Assembly: GCA_977018835.1 (NCBI GenBank)
Contig: OZ361260.1
Location: 2,790,001-2,854,000, forward strand
Direction: 5' to 3'
DNA length: 64,000 nucleotides
From: Minutocellus sp. GHC0000111
Lineage: Eukaryota
Below the pieces are notes generated by a model. It saw nothing but the letters and a program-made list of their open reading frames with translations, was not told the DNA's origin and ran no database searches. Shown piece after piece: positions 59,760-64,000 of the stretch. Positions within the stretch are counted from its first letter, which is position 1. Every line of letters starts with the position of its first letter. The position numbers and the translations under genes are program-made.

Positions 59760-60499
59760 TCTTTCTTCTGGCCGAAAATCAATACGATGGAGGCGATGAA
59801 GTGATGGATTGCAATCGGTGGAGGTGAAAGCTTATGCAATTGGCAATGTGAAAGCTTGGTGGATATGGGACAAAGGTGGAGAAGTTGTTGCTCCAACCAA
59901 TGGCTCTTGTATTTGGGTCCTTTCGAGGAAAAAGTGATCGATCGATCGGCTGTTGTGGCGAAGGGGCGTTACCGGCACAGTGCTGGAGTGGGCCCGCATA
60001 TGCAACACGGGGCCGATATTTATGCGGATTTGAACCTTGTCACAAGCCGAGGAGGTCACAACAAACCTACACAGCTTACGAAAATTGTGTCTAAATGCCG
60101 TGCCGGCGCGTAATTTCATATACATCACTTGCTTGGTTTCCGGGTTTCCCTTGAACTCTCGGACGGACAATAAGTCAGTCTTTCTGTGACCCTTCCAGGG
60201 CCGGCTTGCTCGCAGGACTTGGTTCCGGGTTCGTTCAAATTTTTGACGGCCGACAGAAAGACCGATTATCCGAGGAATTTCTAGATTGGTCGGTGCACAG
60301 AGGACGTGATGTGATGGGGGGTGGCTGGCTGCTGTTGAAGGGCAACTCATTTTATGTGTCCTGCGTTTCTTTCCACTCAAACATTACAACGCGTAGGAAT
60401 TATCACTAGCTAGTAGATCTATGTCAATAAATAGATTTTAGTTCTCTCTAAAAGCAGATTCCGCATGCCCAAAATCCCTGTCATCAATCAATCAACAAA

Positions 60500-61441
60500 T
60501 CAATCTTCCAGCTTTTTCTCCTCTGCATTCTCCTTCTTCTTCTTCTCTACCCATTCTTTCAACTCCGTCGCTGCCTTATTGCCGCCATCATCGCCATCCA
60601 CCGACAACAAGGAGAAGGGAATAATCTTGTCTTGCACCTTGAGCATGTAGAAAATATATTCCTTCCCGTAGGTTTCCATCAGTTTGGATTCTTCGTAGTC
60701 GGCTTTGGCATCCAATACCAGATACAAGGCCGCGGTCAAGAGGAGTCTCAATGCAGAATCGGTGGCAACACTCAAGCCAGCCATGCCAAGTATAAGGCCC
60801 GAATACATCGGATGACGCACCAGGGAATAGACGCCGGTATCGACGAGAGAACCACGGCCTGTGTTGGGATCGGCCGGTGTTGGCCACGGAGACAGGTTCG
60901 TACCCAAATCCACAGCAGCCTTGTAGACAACGACCAAGCCAACACCGACCAATCCTGGACCGAGGGTGAAGCTCAGAGCATCGCCAACGACGGGGACAGT
61001 TCCCAGTGCAATAAATAGCAGTAACGAAAACTGCGCGACGACGTACGCCTCTCCTCGCTCTCCGACATCTCCAGATTGGATATTCTCCTTGACGGCAACG
61101 CTGAGATTGTCCAAATCAACTCCCGTCACATCTTCGATCTTGGTCACTAGAGAAGAGATCGACATAACCGGTGCCGGAGCCGGAGGCGGCGGTGGAGGAG
61201 GTGGCGGGGGTGCAACTACCTCTGGCTCCGGTGGCTGACCGAACTTCTTGAAGAAGTCGTTCAAATAGAGCTTCGTCGATGATCCATGACGACAGTTGCT
61301 GCCATCGACATGAGCAGCAGCAGATCGAGATGCTGATGCGGCGCCAGAAAAGGCAGAGGCTGGCGCGAAGGCCGAAGCTAGTGGTGCCACCAGAAGATGT
61401 GGCAACACGGCGAGGGCCGCTACAGCCGTGTATTTCTTCAT
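60500..61441 (-). CDS. Plastid-targeted ICMT/PEMT-family integral membrane methyltransferase
   Basis: ASAFAP plastid motif; LV..GVYSLVRHPMYSG and KADYEESKL...YG.EY..Y. Confidence 0.85.
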   Translation of the reverse strand: MKKYTAVAALAVLPHLLVAPLASAFAPASAFSGAASASRSAAAHVDGSNCRHGSSTKLYLNDFFKKFGQPPEPEVVAPPPPPPPPPPAPAPVMSISSLVTKIEDVTGVDLDNLSVAVKENIQSGDVGERGEAYVVAQFSLLLFIALGTVPVVGDALSFTLGPGLVGVGLVVVYKAAVDLGTNLSPWPTPADPNTGRGSLVDTGVYSLVRHPMYSGLILGMAGLSVATDSALRLLLTAALYLVLDAKADYEESKLMETYGKEYIFYMLKVQDKIIPFSLLSVDGDDGGNKAATELKEWVEKKKKENAEEKKLED

Positions 61442-61692
61442 CGGTCCAAAGGGCTACCTACTAGTAATGACTTGTTTGTCACGTTGACACGATGCAATTG
61501 TCACGATGCGATGGCGGTTTGCGGGACGGTTTGGTCCCGATTTCAGCTCAGTTCGCTCGATGCGATGACGGATGAGCCTCTCATTTCTCCCAGAAATTCG
61601 CAACAGGAAGGTTGTGAACGCCCTGGCCATAAGCTCCAGACTTCCATGGAGACATACGTGGCTTGTTATCTTCCAGTGCGCTCTCTTTTGCA

Positions 61693-63326
61693 ATGGCTCG
61701 CATCGCCTTTCTCTTTGCAGCAGCGGCGCTGATCAACTTTGCTGCCGCGTTCGTCCCATCTTCCGTCCAGGGGGGAGCGGCAGTTGGTGCAGCCGCCGTC
61801 GCCTCCTCCAGTGCTCGCGGCATGGCGGAGACTGACGCATACGACGTCGTCAAGGTTGATCTCGACGATGGAAGGGATTATCCTATTTACATTGGGGCGG
61901 AATTCGATGAGGCCGAAGGTGAGCAAGGTCTGTCTTTGCGGGGTTGCGTTCTTGCGATTTGCATGGCAAGGCGCCTCAGTGAAATTGGTGAAATGCAGAT
62001 TCGTCCATGCGAATCTCGTTTGCCTGGTGTTCCTCTCCTATTCGGTCAACTCACATCGTCTTTTACATTAATCCAAATATTTTCTATCGATCTATCAAAC
62101 ATTCAAAAATAGCTGGAAAGGTCCTTCGATCACATGTTGAGGGAAATCGTGCTCTTATCGTTACCAATGATCGGCTTGCCCCGCTTTACCTCGACAAATA
62201 CGAGGCAATGATGAAAGAGGGTGGAGATATTCAGGTTGGTGAGTAATACAGACATCTGTCTCCGAATCATTGTTGAATGTAGTTCCTTCCCGTAGGTGAT
62301 ATATTCCAGCTACATGTTACTTCTTTTCTAACGCCGCTTCTTCTCGTTGTTGTCTCTGGAACCGCGGGTGACTAACATTGGAATGATGACGCGCTGTGGT
62401 TTTGCTCGCAGACACGGTTGTTCTTCCCGATGGAGAAGAGGAAAAGACAATGGATGTCATGATGAAGATTATCGACAAGGCCCTTGAGCTTGGTTTGGAT
62501 AGGAAGGTCACCTTCGTCGCCCTTGGTGGCGGTGTCATTGGAGACATGGTCGGCTTTGCGTGGTGTCAATTTCATTCAGATCCCCACTACCGTCATGGCC
62601 ATGGTGGACTCGTCGGTCGGTGGTAAGACTGGCGTAAATCATCCCCTGGGAAAGAATATGGTTGGTGCGTTCCATCAGCCCCAGTGTGTGTTTATCGATA
62701 CAGATACTTTGAGCACTCTGCCGGATCGGGAGCTGCAATCTGGTGTTGCCGAAGTGATCAAGTACGGTCTGATCCGCGATGCCGACTTTTTCGAGTGGCA
62801 GGAAAAGAATATGGCCAGCCTTCTCACTAGGGACCCTGCAACGCTTCGTTACGCTATCAAGCGCTCTTGTGAGAACAAGGCTGAGGTCGTCAAGGCAGAT
62901 GAGAAGGAAGCCGGTGTACGTGCAACGCTCAATCTGGGTCATACCTTCGGTCACGCAATTGAAAACGGATCTGGATACGGTGTCTGGCTACACGGTGAGG
63001 CTGTCGCAATCGGTACTGTGATGGCTGCCAATATGAGTGCCCGTATGGGATGGATTGATCAGAGCTTGGTCAAGCGCATTTATGACATTATGGATGCCGC
63101 CAAGCTTCCAGTTGAGCTTCCCCTCGACTCGCCGATGAATGCCGAAACCTTCCTCAAGGTCATGAGCGTGGACAAGAAGGTCGCCAATGGTCAGCTTCGT
63201 CTCATTCTGCTCAAGGGAGAGCTTGGCAACTGTCTATTCACCGGTGACTTCGATGAGCAGGCCATGAAGGACACCATTGATGAATTCGTCGCCGAGTGCA
63301 GTGGAGCAAGCAAGGTTGCCGCATGA
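61693..63326 (+). pseudogene. aroB: Plastid 3-dehydroquinate synthase with a frameshifting ~17-nt deletion at ~62559; exons 61693-61918, 62113-62238, 62412-63326
   Basis: AAAFVP presequence, [51 protein letters not shown] and HGEAV. Confidence 0.9.
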
Positions 63327-63723
63327 ATTTGATTGATTTGCACATTGATGGATCCGTCCGTGAGATATATTTGCTCTAGAAGGACTTTATCACTGCGAGG
63401 GTCATACTGTAATACCGGTAAGAGACTACTTTCTGATTGCAAGTTTAGATTACTGGTATGCAGGTACCGGTAGGAATTCCTACACGTAGAATAGATCAAG
63501 CGTTTGGATTATTTGTTTTCCCCCTTCTCCTCGCGTTCGTGCGTGCGCATGAGAGAAAGTATTTTTAGGCACTAGAAACCTAAAAATTAGTGAATCATTA
63601 TTGAAGTCGATCCTACGTCTCAGCCACACTACCAACGGAAATGCAGACGAACATACGTGTTTTGCTCGTTCTTTCCGTCTCCTTGCCTCTCCCACTCCTT
63701 CGTATCCTCAATAGACCGTCAAG

Positions 63724-63802
63724 ATGTTCAAGAAGCTTTTCTGCCTCCTCGCTGTCTTCGCCACGGCCTCGGCCTTCGTTGCCCCTGCCAGCAACGGTGT
63801 TG
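63724..63802 (+). CDS. First exon of a plastid-targeted protein that continues beyond the window
   Basis: MFKKLFCLLAVFATASAFVAPASNGV followed by a gtgagt donor. Confidence 0.75.
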
Positions 63803-64000
63803 GTGAGTTCCTGCCGGTGCTCCTCAAGCGGACGAAAGGGGGGCGACAGATCGGTACCGGTTGACCTACAGCTCATGCTCCGGGTTCCGGCACTTCGGTA
63901 CTCTGCCTCTGATACTTCGGCGTGCTGTGGAGGGAGGACTGGACTGCAATCGATGGGATGATGATATGTTGGAATTTGATGCCGGGTGGCGTTTGGCAGG

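Overview
Gene-dense eukaryotic nuclear DNA, almost certainly from a diatom. The evidence is short GT-AG introns, several bipartite plastid-targeting presequences (xSAF/ASAFVAP), a diatom-type membrane LRR protein and a secreted silaffin-like KxxK protein. About 32 protein genes are readable, including an M50 protease, JmjN/JmjC demethylase, Sec23/24-like, Maf, BioF, PPR, SERINC, an inverted ankyrin pair, TFIIF-beta, SET, V-ATPase A, a mitochondrial carrier, TilS, pirin, an epimerase fusion and DHQ synthase. Four things stand out. (1) About nine genes carry disabling lesions: 1-nt frameshifts, a TGA in place of a likely CGA, a ~17-nt deletion, and a 22-nt telomeric (TTAGGG)n insertion inside V-ATPase A. 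This suggests a decaying redundant haplotype or homeolog, although some indels could be assembly errors. (2) Intergenic DNA is full of chained TA-flanked palindromes (TACCGGTA, TAGATCTA, TACATGTA and others) that look like accumulated Tc1/mariner excision footprints. A TA-flanked MITE with matching CC...GG ends sits in one cluster. (3) There are two local inverted paralog pairs, one with a 385-bp near-identical tract and one from an uncharacterised two-domain family. (4) There are two inverted copies of a ~390-bp retroelement-like fragment sharing the same 5' boundary. All calls were made by eye, with no database searches.
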